DNA of 56,100 nt from Rozella allomycis CSF55 (taxonomy: Eukaryota). Shown piece after piece: positions 25,001 to 38,843 of this stretch. The DNA is taken from positions 1-56,100 of the forward strand of contig KE560559.1 in NCBI GenBank assembly GCA_000442015.1, written 5' to 3'. Made by a program: the position numbers and the translations under genes. The notes beneath the pieces are model-generated. The model was not told the DNA's origin. It saw nothing but the letters and a program-made list of their open reading frames with translations, and ran no database searches. How positions within the stretch are numbered: position 1 is the first letter of the stretch; every line of letters begins with the position of its first letter.

Positions 25001-26013
25001 TTAAGATCTATTGTATGTGTTACCCCAACCTCTAGGATTCGCTAAATTTGCGTCAATTAAATTCACGTACCGTCTTTGAAATCATCCATTTGTCTGATTT
25101 TATAAATCTGAGAGTCTTCTACGTCAATATCATCGATGATATTTTCTGCTTTTTGAGGGGTTTGGCCGCCACCTGTTATTATATTTCCCCTACTTCGTTC
25201 TATTTCGAGATACTCATCAATTGTCATTGTCGGTAGATTGTAGCCTGGCTGAAATACTTGATTACGCATTTTTTCTCTTTTGGACAACAGAACAAAAGGT
25301 TTGGAAAACTGGGAAGAAGTTAAACAACTAACTTACTTGTGAAGGTTCACTGCGTACTTTTGGCTCCATTTCGTGTTGATTTTCTTGAAAGGATTTTATT
25401 AATTGCAGTTCTTGTTCTATTATTTTAATCAACTCAAATATTTTCATTGTATACAGTTTAATAAGCATAATGAAATACTCTCTTTGGATTTCTTCATCTT
25501 CCATATCAAGCCTTTCTTTTAGTCCTTCTAAAAGTGATGCGAGATGTTTCTCTTGCTTATATTTCGCTATTTTCGACTCTCTTTGCTTTTCTGGGCTTGT
25601 CAATTTTGAATCGTTTGAAAGATCATCATATTCTTCATCTTTTAATAACTTTATGCACACACAGACTTCTAAAAATCTCTTTGAATGCGCTAAAGCGTCT
25701 TCCAGCAAGTGTTTTCGGTCCTTGTCTGTCAAATTGACAACATGTTCTGCATAGAATGCATCAATTAACAAATACCTATCTTAAATCAAAAATGCGCTTA
25801 CTTTAAAGTTTCTGTGTTTATATCTTCGATTTCTTCATTCTTGCTAATTAAGTGCTCTCTTTGTACTCTTTGTTGAATCAAAACTAATATATTTAGAAGT
25901 TTTTGGAGCTGTATTTGATATTCCTGCGTTGTAGTTGAAAAGGGAGATTTCGACAAGCTTTGGATTAAATTATGGCTATTATGAAATAACGTATTTAGTG
26001 ATTCTTGAAGCAT
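25001..26013 (-). CDS. TAP42: Tap42/alpha4 (IGBP1) PP2A regulator; 3 introns
   Basis: SKNEEIEDINTETLKYL; RESKIAKYK; VFQPGYNLPTMTIDEYL; DDFKDANPRGWGNTYN. Confidence 0.93.
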
Positions 26014-26319
26014 CCTAAAACTTAGCCACAGGCCCACATTTATTCCAATATTAAACACGATTATATAACTAGTTGATTTTCAATCTCATGCCACAGCTAC
26101 TCAATGACCATCTATTTTTTGGCTTTATGATTGTGTCAAGAGCCCCGGAACCAACTTAGAAATATTCCTCTGGCTTTACATTCGTCTACTAAATAAAATC
26201 ATTTACTCCTAAAAAAATTATAAGTCGAATAATAATCATTTAGTTCAATTGTTTTGTACATAACGCTCAGAGATTTACAATCTTTTTATGATGTTTTACT
26301 TTTGAAAATTTCCAATTTC

Positions 26320-28160
26320 ATGACATTTACATCGGATAGAGTTCAAACTCTTTGTAACTCATTAGATATTGTATGTGATACTGAAGAATATAGAAATCTT
26401 TTATACAGAATTAATACGGGCTCTAATCCTGACTTGGTAGCCGATGAAATGACAATGTCCTTTCAAATTCATGAATTTCAGTCAAGAGAATACAAGCTTA
26501 CTAAGTCTTTTGACGCCTTGAAAAAAATATCTCGATTTTCTTTATCCCCCCAAGAAATTATTAACATCATCTCGATTCAGTATCCGGAAAACTATTCAGA
26601 TGGTTATACCTTATTGGATTGGATTTTACTTGGAAAAATTGCTATTTATTGTTATAAAATTTCACTTGATAACATATTTAATGAATCATTTCAGTTAACT
26701 GATGCTATCATATATTGGGAAGAAGTTCTTTTAAAAGACTTGTCTATTTATTATCATCATCTTTACAGTAATGCTAATTTATTTGTAAGAAAGCTTTCCC
26801 TCAAAGATGGAAAATGAACTTTGCAGAATTTAGAAATCAAATGGCATTTCATGAGTTTGCATCAAGGAGAAATATAGGCAGACTTTGTCGGTGGATAATC
26901 GCTCGTTCCAATCCTAATCTGATTTTAATGAGATCCCGAAATTCAATAAAGTCAAAACTTTCTGTTTTGGAATCTGAAAAGAATAAATTAACAAAAACAC
27001 TTGGGACACTAGCGGCCCTCGTGATTGCCATTGATGAAAATAATAAATATGAATCTTTGAAAGAAGAAATAAGCGTTTTTATTAATAAATTAAGGGAAAA
27101 TCTTATTGATAATTTTCAAAAAAAATCTGTGGAAAAAGAAGATCAATTCAATTACAACCTAAAGGTTTTAAAGGAGATATTAAAAGATCAATCTAATTAT
27201 TCGTCAAGGTTTAATGAAATTTTATTTCAAAATGGTGTTTACCCTTATTGGAAACGCCACTGGCCAACTTTGATACCATTTTCTTATTGGATTGTAAAGA
27301 ACGTACATTGGAAGTATTTTAACCTGAGTAATATTTTGGTTGTTACTAAATCGATTTTCAACGTTTCTAAAGCATTCATTATGTCTTATTTGGCGAATCC
27401 AATCATCTCAATGTGGAAGTCATTGTGGTTTGAGGAAAATCAACTTGCCCTTTTAAGTGCTAAATCTCTTGATTCTGATCTAGAGTCTCTACAGCGCATG
27501 GTAATGGATTTCGCGCAGCAAAGTCGGTATATAGACCATGATTCTCAAACAATTGGTAAAATATTAACTGATGCAAAGTTGGGGGATCTTACCTTTATTT
27601 ATAAGCAATACGAAAAAGATATCAAAAACCCGATAAAGAGTATTTTATTAGGAGACATGCTGCGTCTTATTCTTATTCAAATTCAAAAGTCTAAAGTTGA
27701 TCTGGAGATTGCCATGACGGCGTTGGACAAATTAATAAAATCGAATGAGTTTAATTTAACTCTCATGACTGTTATTCCTTCGTTTCTGTTCATTTTTTGG
27801 AGCATCAAAAAAGCAATATCCTTTTTCAAAAATCGCAATAATCTCTCCAAAAAACGAATCTTGTCTGAACTAACAGAAATACTCGGGTAAATAATAACTA
27901 TGAATTCAGAATTTAGCAATGTCGAGAGAATTTTGACTAAAAGCGATGGGGATTCCGAGATGCCTTTACAAATGTATGGTCAGCTACTACTTGACTTGGA
28001 TGTCCTTCGTCGATTTTCAAAAAGATTGAAACTCACTGAAAAAGAAATTATTAACTTTAACCTGGATATCAAAGATCTTGAAATGCTAAAGGTATCCCCG
28101 AATCAAAAATTATGGATAATACAAAGGCTTCATCGATTAATTTCCATAAAAAACAAATAA
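26320..28160 (+). CDS. NCA2: Nuclear control of ATPase protein 2; 2 introns
   Basis: SLDSDLESLQRMVMDF; YEKDIKNPIK...ILIQIQKSKVDLEIAMTALDKLIKSNE; YGQLL. Confidence 0.9.
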
Positions 28161-28270
28161 ATAAACTATAAAGCCTTATTTTAATACTTAATCTAATTTT
28201 GCATCAAGATTGAAGTCTATTTTCATAGATATATATTGAGCTTGATCTCCACACTGACATCAACATCAAC

Positions 28271-30471
28271 ATGCAATCTCACGAAGTTATTACTCGTGTA
28301 CAAAGAATGCAAAGCACTTCTCAATTTGAGTATGAAAAACAGGCAAAAGAAGCTTGTAACCTCGAACGAGTACTAATTTCTTAAATATGAGAATAGACAC
28401 TGGCAGCTGCAAGAAAAGAAGCAGAGGAAGCAGCTAAAATTGAAATTCAAAATACAAGAAAGCTGCAGCAAGAACTGATCAAGAAAATCCAGAGGCCAGT
28501 GGTCAAATTGAAGCAAGATCTTTTGACTTTGCAAAGGCAGCGGGAAGCAAAATATAATACTTTTATTTCCAATCAAAAATCATTTAATGATAGAATCGAA
28601 GCTTTGAAAAGGAGAATTCAAAATGAAGAGAACAACATTAATGGTCTACAACAAGGGCTGTTTGATCTGGAGGGTCAAATTACTTCCTGTGTAAATGAAA
28701 TGGGTTCAATAAAGCCTTTGGTAGATGGTATCCATCAAGAATGGCAAGTGTCAATTGAAAGATTTCACAAAATAAATGATCAAATTCAGTCTTGTGAAGA
28801 TAAAATAAAAGATTTGGAGGGAAAGTTGAGAGTTGGAAGTCCACTTGCGATTGAAGAAAAAATTAAAGCCTGCAACGGCAAAAGAGAAGAGCTTATGAAC
28901 TTACTTGAAGTATGAGTTAATTACTTTCTTGATTTTAGAAAGAAGACTTATCTTTTTATAATTACACCAATGATGTGGATCTTTTAGAGAAGGAAATCCG
29001 TGATGCAGAGTTCGAGTGCGAGTCAATGAAAAATGAACTAAATGGTTTTGACCAAGAAATTTTATCCATTAATGAGTCAAGAAGACTCCAAGAGGAATTT
29101 CTTCGTGATTGTCAAAGAAAATATGACGAGTCTGTTCAGCAACTTGACGAGGCAAAAAATTTATTGAACGAGGTAATTGTTAGTGATTGATGATAAAAGG
29201 CGATCAGACAAAAGGACAGAATTTCTTTGACATTTAAAAGTGAATTCTCTCGCCGTGAAGAACTTGAGACTGAAAGATCTCGATTGAAAGACGAGATTAT
29301 GCGCCTTCAATCACGACTAGAGGATGTTGAATCCCAGTAAGATATTTTATATAATGAAACATATCAGGATAGTTAAATTTGATGAAGATGTAAAATGGCA
29401 CGAAGCGTTGAATTCTGCCGAGAGAGATATTGAAATGGCCAAAAATAGCTATGAAGAAGCACAAGAAATTCAAAAATATGCTCACAGTGCTTTAATGTCA
29501 GCGAAAGACATGGTGAGTAGGCTATCCGATAGCATAGGTGCCAAACAACAGGAAAAGATGACGTTCACGGGGACTGTAAACGCAGCTTCAGACAATTTAA
29601 ACAAAAAAAGATCCGCTTTAGACATATTAAAAGCCAATTTAAATCAAAAGAGAAGCAGTAGTGATGCGCTTAAAGCTGAAATTGAGCGCGTTGATGAAAT
29701 GATTCATGGATTAAACAAAGACTTGAATTTTCATCATGATAATGCAAAAATATGGAATTCAGAATTGGAAGATTTAAAAAACCAGCGCGATGGACTTAAG
29801 CGGGAAGCAGAAGATCAGTGCATCAAAAATCGTGACTTGACTCAACGGGAAGGATCTCTTCGTACTCAATTAGGAAACTGTGAAAGGAATATTAATATGC
29901 TGAAATCTAAAATACAAAGCCAGAAATTGAAGATCGATGCATCACAAAGACTTATTTCTTCTATGAAAAATGATGAACAAAGAATGTTGTCTGAGCAATC
30001 GGCTTCATTTGATGATTCATTCTTTACAAGTCAAGAGGATCAAATTCAAAAAGTAAATTATATCAAGATTTTGGAATAGGAAATTGATAAATACAGCAAC
30101 CCGACAGTTGAAATGTGGAGCAATAACCCTGACTGGGAACTGCAGCTAAGAAGGGAAGCAGAAGCTGTAATGAGAGTAACGAAATTGGCAATGTTCAATC
30201 AAGGCTGAAGCCGCTGTGGCCCTTGAAAACCAACAAAAGGAAATCGTTTCTAAAACTCAACAGTTGGCGAAAATTAAAATAAAACAAAATCCCAGAATTT
30301 TCATCGATCAAGAAGGAATGAAGGTAAAAAGAGATTATTTCATATATTTAGGACCTACTTTATGAGCATACATCCCCAAAGTCTGATCAAATGATTGCTG
30401 ATAAAGTTCTTGAAATGGTAATTGTGTCTATTTGATTCAATAAGGTGATGAATGCGCATATCAAAGGTTGA
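28271..30471 (+). CDS. Long coiled-coil protein of unknown function; about 8 introns
   Basis: Exons join in frame through 27-31 nt GT-AG introns; heptad-rich E/K/Q/L composition; no recognisable globular domain. Confidence 0.7.
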
Positions 30472-30741
30472 ATGAGAGATTCTAAATAAAGTATTTTTAT
30501 TTGATCATTAAATGGATTTATTAGCTTATTGTGCTTGTAAATGGAGTCCTTTTAATCATAAACTGTTGATACTAAATTTATCCTACTACCCACGTTTTAT
30601 CCTGCTGCACATTTGCTACTCGTTATTATTGTCCTGGTTTGCAATCTATGAAGCACATATTTGTCTTTCCTTTTTGACTTCGATTTAAAGTTCTACAGTA
30701 AGTAATGCATAATTGATTTTGGAACATGGTGATAAGCTTTG

Positions 30742-32567
30742 ATGGATCGAGACAACCTTAAACCATTAATTATTCACTCTAGCAAGCTCATCCAGCAATA
30801 TAAAACCATAAAGAATGAATTGGCTAACAAGATAGAGTTACTCGAGCATTTCCAGAATCTAAACGTAATTGCCGAGGAAACGATTCGCGACCTGAAAACC
30901 ACAATTGCGCAAGAGCAACAAAGCAGATTAAGAATAGAGGAAAATTACGCCAAACTAGAAAATTTCATTAAACAAAGAATAGATTTAACGCAATTAGTAA
31001 GCTTGAAATAGATGTGTTTTGGATAGACACAAAACCTTAAATTCTCTAAAGAAAAGGGCACAAACGGTTCATTGAAGCTTCCATGTAATAATGATGGCAT
31101 AAATATACATTTCAAAAAGAACGGCAAAAATCACCAAAATGGTTGTTTGGATGATCGGAGTGAAATATTTGGCCCTTTTAAAAACAACTCAAATGAATGC
31201 AAAAACGCTCCAAATACAAAAACAGGTTATCCACAATGCGAAACTACCCCAGTAATTATTAATGCAGGTAACGAATCGACAGAAAAAATAGCCATGACGA
31301 ACACACTTGTAGCAGATACAACTGACACATCATTAAATAAAACTTTCATTGAAATGCCAAGGATTGTAGAAGAATCTTCAATTTACGAAACTAATCAAGC
31401 ACAAAGATCTCATAAAAATGTATCCAGGGCAAATTCTCCCAACCTTCTCGATGATTCTTGCAATGAAAGTGATTTAGAGACATCTGAAAATTTTGTTTTG
31501 TCTGAAATAGAGATTTTCAAATTGAAAGGTAAATAACTTTTCCATTATAGAACAGAAACTTTGACAAATTTAAAAGAGGACAAGAAATCACATGATATTA
31601 AAGTACCTTGGAAAGACTGGGTGACGATGTTACAGTTAATTTTGGCGAATAAAGAATTTCTATTATTCAAAACTGACGAAAGCGTACAAAGTAGACTAAT
31701 AAAAGCCATTTTATCAACCAATGCACCCATTGAAAGAATACTCAATAAACTTTGGATGGAAGAAAAAGACTTAAAATCTATAGCAAATATTTGTTTTCTA
31801 ATAAAAATATCTATTATTATGCATCAAGAAGCATCACAATTGGAATCTCTCGGATATTTTGTTAACAATATAGTTCGAACATTTGGAAGAAAAAAGATAT
31901 TTGTTGTTTTTCTTGATTTGATTATATTGATTTCTGATAACGATTTGTCTAGATGCTTCAAAAAGGAAACAGTTGAAGCATTAGTCAATCATACATTGTA
32001 CAATACAAATTTGCATATCAAGCAAAATTTAGAAAAGTTAAACTCGAAGAAAGAAAGGCTGATGTCTTTATCCTTCCATTCCTTATCAAAATACCTGAAT
32101 GTTTCAAATGTGGATAAACCACCTGATTTACGCTCAATAATAACCAGAAACGTTCATAAGATTATATCTTCTATGAAAAAGCATCCAAAACTGAAAAGGA
32201 AAAAACTTAGATTGGTTCGAGACACGGTCACCCTGGCATCATTACTAGGAAGTGGAGACTTTTGTTTAGCATCTGAATTAGAAATTGAATTGAAGGGATT
32301 TTTGGAATCAATTAATTCTCGTAATGATAAGAAAGTTATTTCCTTGATTTTGATAGGTAAATTATGAGTAACAATATACACATAGGTCAACTCGGGAACG
32401 AAGGTTTCATATCACAACATTTGCCGCAATATTTAGGTAATTCAAGTTGGATAATAAGCCTTGCGACTGCGATTTCTCTACGTAGAATAAAAAATGAAAC
32501 TGATGTAAGCATTCGTCTGTGGCTTCAAAACCTGTCAAAGGAACACATGAAAAAATTGCAAGTTTAG
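30742..32567 (+). CDS. Uncharacterised protein (coiled coil, disordered linker, helical C-terminal domain); 3 introns
   Basis: Four ORF-track segments join in frame via short GT-AG introns. Confidence 0.6.
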
Positions 32568-32631
32568 AAAAAAATAATAAAGCTAGCATGAACAGAAACT
32601 TTAATTTATTATTTAACATATTCTTAGTATA

Positions 32632-34096
32632 TCAAGTCTCATTAAAATTAAAAACAAAATGATTTTGATCCTCTCCTTCTTCAAGCTTAATGAGGCCATC
32701 TAAGAATGACACAGTTGTCATGTTTTTATACAATTTGTTTTTTGAATTCAAATTTATATTTTGCAGACACTCTTCCAAGTCAGAGAGCATGCGATCGTAA
32801 TCCGATGTATGCTTTGCTTTGTTGCCAGAGTCATCTTTTATCAACCTTTCTTCCTTAATTATTTTTGATTTTCGCTTTTGTGATTCCCTCTCATTTTTTA
32901 GTCTTGTTATAGTTTTGGGTTGTGATTTTCTGTTCGGATTGCTACTTCCTCGAATGTCAAAGATTTCAACCGGAAATGAGAACAAATACAGTTTTGAATA
33001 TTTAAAGATACATTCAATTTGAACTTCATAAGTTACGCTCATGTGTTTGCACAAATCGATAGTTTTTAAACCTTCCTTTTTAATAAGACATTTAAGACTT
33101 ACCTTTATGAAAAATGATAAGCTGATTTCATTCTCATCTTTAGGCCCAATCATGTATTCTAATGAATTAAAGCATTTCTTTTCAACACATTTATTTTTTA
33201 ATACAATATCGTTGAATCTTGCATTACTCATCTTTATTATTTGATATAAACGAACATTAAAACCATAAATCTTTATAAATACGCTTATCAATTTCTTACC
33301 GTTTTTTTCGTGCCATTTTTTACATCCAAAATAAAGTTCATAGATGAATCAGATCGTACTGTAGGTTGTAAAAGTTGACATTTTAATTCAAGTCGGTGAG
33401 AACTAAAAAGAAAGTGCTTATGAAATGCTTTTTGAATTGGCTCAACTTCTTCAAATCTTGATCGAGCATCTTGATGAACATTAACGGGTGATATAAATTG
33501 AATAGCATGTGTTGATTTTTCGTTGCTCCGTCGAATCTCAGCTGTTCTTAGTATTATCTACACCATTTAATTACGAAACAATAAGGTATTTAACGCTTGC
33601 TTCTTTAGAAATGAATGAGGCCGATAATGCTTTAGAAGTTTTAATCTTAAAAGCGATCGAATAAGATCCTCTAACTTGAATAGGATTTGTTAAATGAACT
33701 AAAGGATAGAATGCAGAGATATTTAATCTTTCTGTCTCAATAACAAATGGCAACCTAACTATGCTAAACCCTATGCCTTCAGGTGTTCGTATCTCTGAGG
33801 TAAAACAGTTCCACTTTATTACCTTCAAAACCAATTAATCTTACAGAGACATTGATTCGAGCTAGCAAGTCAGGTTTCTTAAATGTTATTCTAACTTCAC
33901 CTTCAAGGAAATCGCCAGAAACAACTGATTGATATTTTAAATCGTGTCTTATTTGAGAATTTGATGATTTGTCCTTCAAATTTGGAATAATCTCATGGTA
34001 TGAACCTTTTAGGCTAATTTGGCTGTATCGTTTCCTTTTATTTTTAGATATCTGTCTGCCAGAAAGAGAATTTCTTTTTTTCATTGTAAGTTTCAT
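32632..34096 (-). CDS. Arrestin-fold-like protein; 3-4 introns
   Basis: GDFLEGEVRI...VRLIGFE; YSIAFKIK...LSASF...ASVKYLI; SVTYEVQI, matching the arrestin_N/C beta-sandwich pattern. Confidence 0.6.
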
Positions 34097-34192
34097 TGTT
34101 ATTATTGTTTATGTTTATGTTTTATTCCGATATTACATCTCTTTCATGTGCATTAGCCACAACGCCTTTGTTGACTGATAGTCCTTGGCAAT

Positions 34193-35469
34193 ATGGCAAC
34201 CTTCACTGAACTCAATTTACCAGGAAATAATATTTCTATAACCAGCCATTCATGGAATAAAGAACGCAATAGTAATAGAAATGGGTAAACCTATATGTAG
34301 AAATAGCATTGTGTCCGAACAACAATGAAGTTCATATATTTGAAAAAGTAGATTCTGAGTGGACTCTAGCTACAATTTTAAAGGAGGTATTAAATCTTTT
34401 TTAAGGGGAAATAGCATGACAAATTGGTTACTGGAATCGATTGGGCACCTAACACCAATAGAATTGTGACATGCTCTCAAGACAGGAATGCATACGTATG
34501 GAATTTTGATGGAAATCAATGGAAACCTACCCTTGTACTCTTACGCATAAATAGGGCCGCGACGTGTGTCAAATGGTGCCCAAGTGAAGAAAAATTCGCT
34601 GTTGGATGTGGCGCTAGACTGATATCTGTTTGCTACTTTGAAAAGGACAATGATTGGTGGATTAGTAAACACATCAAGAAGCCAATAAGATCGACAGTTT
34701 TGTCTGTTGATTGGCATCCAGACAGTGTTTTACTAGCTGCAGGGGCATCAGATATGAAAGCGAGAGTATTTTCAGCATTAGTTAAAGATTATGACCCAAG
34801 GTATGAAATTTGTAAAATTGAAACAGCCCGTCTGCTACACCCTGGACCGAGACCTTTGCATTTGGCAGTCTTAACATTGAACTTGGTAACGAACATGGTG
34901 GATGGATTCATTCGATATCGTTTTCACCATCTGGAAATTCTTTGGCGTTTGTAGGTAAGCATTGATTGTGTGAGCAATATTATAGGTCATGATTCCACTT
35001 TAACCATTTATAATTCTAATACTAAAAAGTCTAGTATTCTTAAGACTCCATTTTTACCATATTTATGTGTATTTTGGTTATCCGAATCTAGCATAATTTG
35101 CGCGGGATTTGATTGTAGCCCTATGTTGTACGCCACAACAAATGCAGAAGATTGGTCATTCATCAGCAAAATTGATCAAAAGCAAAAGAAAGCAATGTCT
35201 TCAAACTCAGCCATGAACATGTTTAAGCAAATGGATTCCCGGGCGCAGCAGTCTGAAAGTAGCGATGCTGATTTGAACAGCGTACATCAAAACGCAATAA
35301 CGTAAATAATTAATGCATTTTATTTATTAGTTGCACTAGAGTCATTGAAAGAACACCGAGCATCGTTAAATTTTCCACGTCCGGACTAGATGGAAAAATT
35401 GTTGTTTGGGATTTCCCGATTTCTAGCTCTGAAGAATTAATTAAAAACTTATCAATCAATTCTAAATAA
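34193..35469 (+). CDS. ARC40: Arp2/3 complex subunit ARPC1; 5 introns
   Basis: [73 protein letters not shown]. Confidence 0.97.
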
Positions 35470-35534
35470 AGAATATATTAAGACCTTAAAAACCTATTAA
35501 ATATCTTTCACTCGTCATTGTGCTAAGCCTCGTC

Positions 35535-36013
35535 ATGGTCCGCTTGTGTAGTTCTGATAACAAAGAGTTTGTCGTTGATAACGACATTGCTGAGCGTTCA
35601 ATACTTATTAAAAATATGCTTGGAGATCTAGGGGATTCAGAAGCCACTATTCCTTTGCCAAAAGTTAGTGGTGCGATCTTGTCAAAGATTATTGAGTATA
35701 TGACTTACCACAGAAACGATCCCCCAGCATCTGATGATGATACAGTTACTGATATTACTGCCTGGGATTCAGAATTTATCAAACTTGATCAAGGAACTCT
35801 TTTTGAAATCATCTTGGTAAGTAATTGTTGTCTTTGACAAAGGCTGCAAATTATATGGATATAAAATCTCTACTTGATCTAGGCTGCAAGCACGTCGCTG
35901 ATATGATCAAAGGAAAGAGTGTTGAAGAGTTAAGAACGTTATTTAGCATTGAAAACGACTTTACTCCTGAAGAAGAAGAGAGGATTAGAAAAGAAAATAG
36001 TTGGTTAGAATAA
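35535..36013 (+). CDS. SKP1: SCF subunit Skp1; 1 intron
   Basis: SSDNKEF...IPLPKV...[24 protein letters not shown]...[17 protein letters not shown]. Confidence 0.97.
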
Positions 36014-36027
36014 ATCTTATTCGTTTA

Positions 36028-36971
36028 TTAACGGGTGTCCATTTCATCACCTTCAAACACTTCAGCGATTAGTTTAAAATCTCTAATTTGCTCTTTTAAG
36101 ACAGCAGTAGATCCTTTGGGATATTTATAAGAGAGCTCCTTTGGAGGTCTAACATTAGGAATGATGTAATTTCTTAGATATTCAGCACCATCTTTAGTCA
36201 AAACACAAACATCAACGTTGGATCCGGACCCGAGATCGTTAAAAATACCTGATTGAATAGCCATTGCAACTAAATCAATCGCTTCTTGTTTCTAACCTCT
36301 ACCAATAATTAGTATAGTACCTCCATGTCTTTTCTATAATGAGCTTCAAAAACGGCCATGGCATTCAGTGATCCAGAGCCCATCGTAACGAATGGAAGTT
36401 TATCAGTCGATCCATGAGGATGAATAGTAAACAGATGGGGCCCGTGAACATCAACGCCCCCAAGAATAAGAGCAGCGCCGACATGACCTTGGTATCTTTT
36501 GTGTAATTTGCAAATTTGTTACTGGAATAAGTATTGTTTAAGCATCGTCAAAGCAGTGGCAACACGAGGTTGTCTTCCAGAATTTAAACGATGAAGTTCC
36601 AATTTGGACTTGATCATATATGTTGTGAATTCTGTATCGGCCGCTATTACAAGTAGAGTGTAAGTATCTACCTGTCCCTGCACCACAGCAGTACATGTTG
36701 TCTGCAAGGTAATGTATCTTCTCACAATTCTTGTCAGCGACAATAGGCCCTTCAGTAGCTCTAGTATCGGCTCCCAAAACAATTCCGTCCTACTCAAGAG
36801 TCATTTTTCAGTTTACTTTGTACATCAATCCAACAATAGTGGTCCCTGTTTTGGTCATAGTTGGCTGCTTCATGCCTTTCAAGGCAAAGCTCTCGTTACT
36901 TTTATTAAAATGTTTTGAAAAAGATACCGAAAGTAATTCTCAAAGCTAAACCCTCTTTGAACAGACACCAT
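36028..36971 (-). CDS. PUP1: 20S proteasome subunit beta-2; 5 introns
   Basis: [52 protein letters not shown]. Confidence 0.97.
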
Positions 36972-37157
36972 TACAGTTTATGAAATTTAGTAATTGAAGT
37001 GGTATCAAAATAAAATCCGCCAAAAACTCATTATGTTTTAAATTAAAATTAATTTAAAGACGTGCTACAAGCTAATCATATTTCACCTTCAACTCGAGAC
37101 ATATAATCACATAAAATAATCTCCAGAAATGAGAAAATGTAAAAATAACAATTTTAT

Positions 37158-38273
37158 TTACCAAAATGAATCGTTTTCTGAATTCAAAAGGTCGCAAACT
37201 TGTAATGGGACAGGGGAATTGCGACTGGCACTACTTGGACTTGAACGATTGTCATCAGATATCTGATCACATGTGGTATTCTTCGCTGATTTGACAGACA
37301 AGCTTTTATCAATTAAGTTTGCATTCTCACTTTCATAATTTATGTACTGAATGGGTGCGTTATCATCAAGATCAAAATTTTGGAATTCATGAAACCCTTG
37401 GAGCAAGTTTGTTGTATTGTTTTCTTTGAGAGCAAAATTTTCAACTTGCTGATAATTTAGGGCTTGAAAATTATCTGCCTGGCTTTCTGCTGTTCCGTAA
37501 AAGCTGTCCATCTCGATATCATCAAATTTTCCTGTTGGGAAATCTTTAAACTTGAACATGCCATTTTCATTTAAGGACTTGTTATGATTGCTTAGTGTAG
37601 GGCTGCATTTCACTAAGAGATCCAACTGATTATCAGGTATTTTTGGGATTTTGTTTAAATGATTTAATCTTGATTTTCTTGAAAGCTGAATTGGCCTATG
37701 TCGACCGTGTTGTTTGTAATATAATCCGCATCGGTTACAAAGAATCTCGTTGTTTTTACCACGTCTCCAAAGGGGCGTTTGAGTTGTGCTGCAATTGCAA
37801 CAAAGATGAGGCTCCGTTTGAGAGTTTCTTTGAACTTTGACAGAACCATCTTCGGTTATTCTAAATGGTCTCATGCGCTTGTGCAGCTTGTAATATAGAC
37901 CGCAAGCGTTACACAAGCATTGGCTGTGATTTAACGGATTTCTTCTCCAAGAAGGAGTGGAATGACAGTTGCAATTTGCACAAATTTTAGATTTCTTGTC
38001 TGTTGATGAAGTGGAGATGACTTGTGATGAGACGTGATTGATAGGTGCCGAAAGTAGATTTAGAATAGACGGAAGCGTGGCCTCGTTTGGTTGAGAAAAT
38101 AAATTTTGATTCGGGGTATGTCTTGGAGGATCCAGAGAAGAATGTTGAAGGGCAGCCATAGAGAGAGCGGAAAGCCAATTGAATTCGGTGGTGTTTTCTT
38201 GAGCGTCGTTTTGAGAGTAAAATAGAGACGATAAATTCTGATTATTGTTGTCAAAATGATAGAAAGGGTCCAT
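37158..38273 (-). CDS. GATA transcription factor with two zinc fingers, intronless
   Basis: CANC-x19-CNAC and CCNC-x17-CNRC fingers, each with TPxWRR and GLYYK. Confidence 0.93.
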   Translation of the reverse strand: MDPFYHFDNNNQNLSSLFYSQNDAQENTTEFNWLSALSMAALQHSSLDPPRHTPNQNLFSQPNEATLPSILNLLSAPINHVSSQVISTSSTDKKSKICANCNCHSTPSWRRNPLNHSQCLCNACGLYYKLHKRMRPFRITEDGSVKVQRNSQTEPHLCCNCSTTQTPLWRRGKNNEILCNRCGLYYKQHGRHRPIQLSRKSRLNHLNKIPKIPDNQLDLLVKCSPTLSNHNKSLNENGMFKFKDFPTGKFDDIEMDSFYGTAESQADNFQALNYQQVENFALKENNTTNLLQGFHEFQNFDLDDNAPIQYINYESENANLIDKSLSVKSAKNTTCDQISDDNRSSPSSASRNSPVPLQVCDLLNSENDSFW

Positions 38274-38843
38274 TTTTTTGAAAGCAAGAAAACTGTTGAT
38301 CAGATTTTGAATTTGACAGGTGACAAAGTGATGTGAGTTTTATAATGAGATTTTTAAAGTATAAATGATTAGCCAAAGGCAAAAATAGATAAAATATAGA
38401 TGAAATAAAAGAAAATTAAAAAGATTGCGGATGGATTTATTGATTGGATAAAAGTATGATTGAAAGAAACCAAAGGGGCGGGAGTTAAGAGATCCTTTGA
38501 GAAATCACTCAAAATTACAGGCAAAATGAATTCACACATGTAATTTAAGTGTCTTTTACCTATAAAATATGGGAAATAGCGCGATAGTGAGGCACTGGTG
38601 ATCAAATAGCACTGGCCACTCAACTATTTTATCTGTGTTTACAAACCTTCATAAGTAAGGAATCTATTATCTAAGACTGACCAATAATTAATATATTGCC
38701 AAAAGTAATTCTCAAAAAATGATCACCTGTATGTATTTTTCTGAATTGGCGCTAATTATCGTTAAATAAAATACTTTACGGATAATATTCTTTTATGTCT
38801 ATTTAACGATTTATTTATTTTGAATTTAATATTTTCGCTATAA

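Noticed and set aside
26135-26155. gagccccgga resembling an RNase MRP conserved region
   Set aside because: No partner CR-V segment was found to form the P4 helix; too short to call.
30472-30741. Possible minus-strand microgene in a 270-bp gap
   Set aside because: I could not build a consistent start, splice and stop model or a recognisable peptide.
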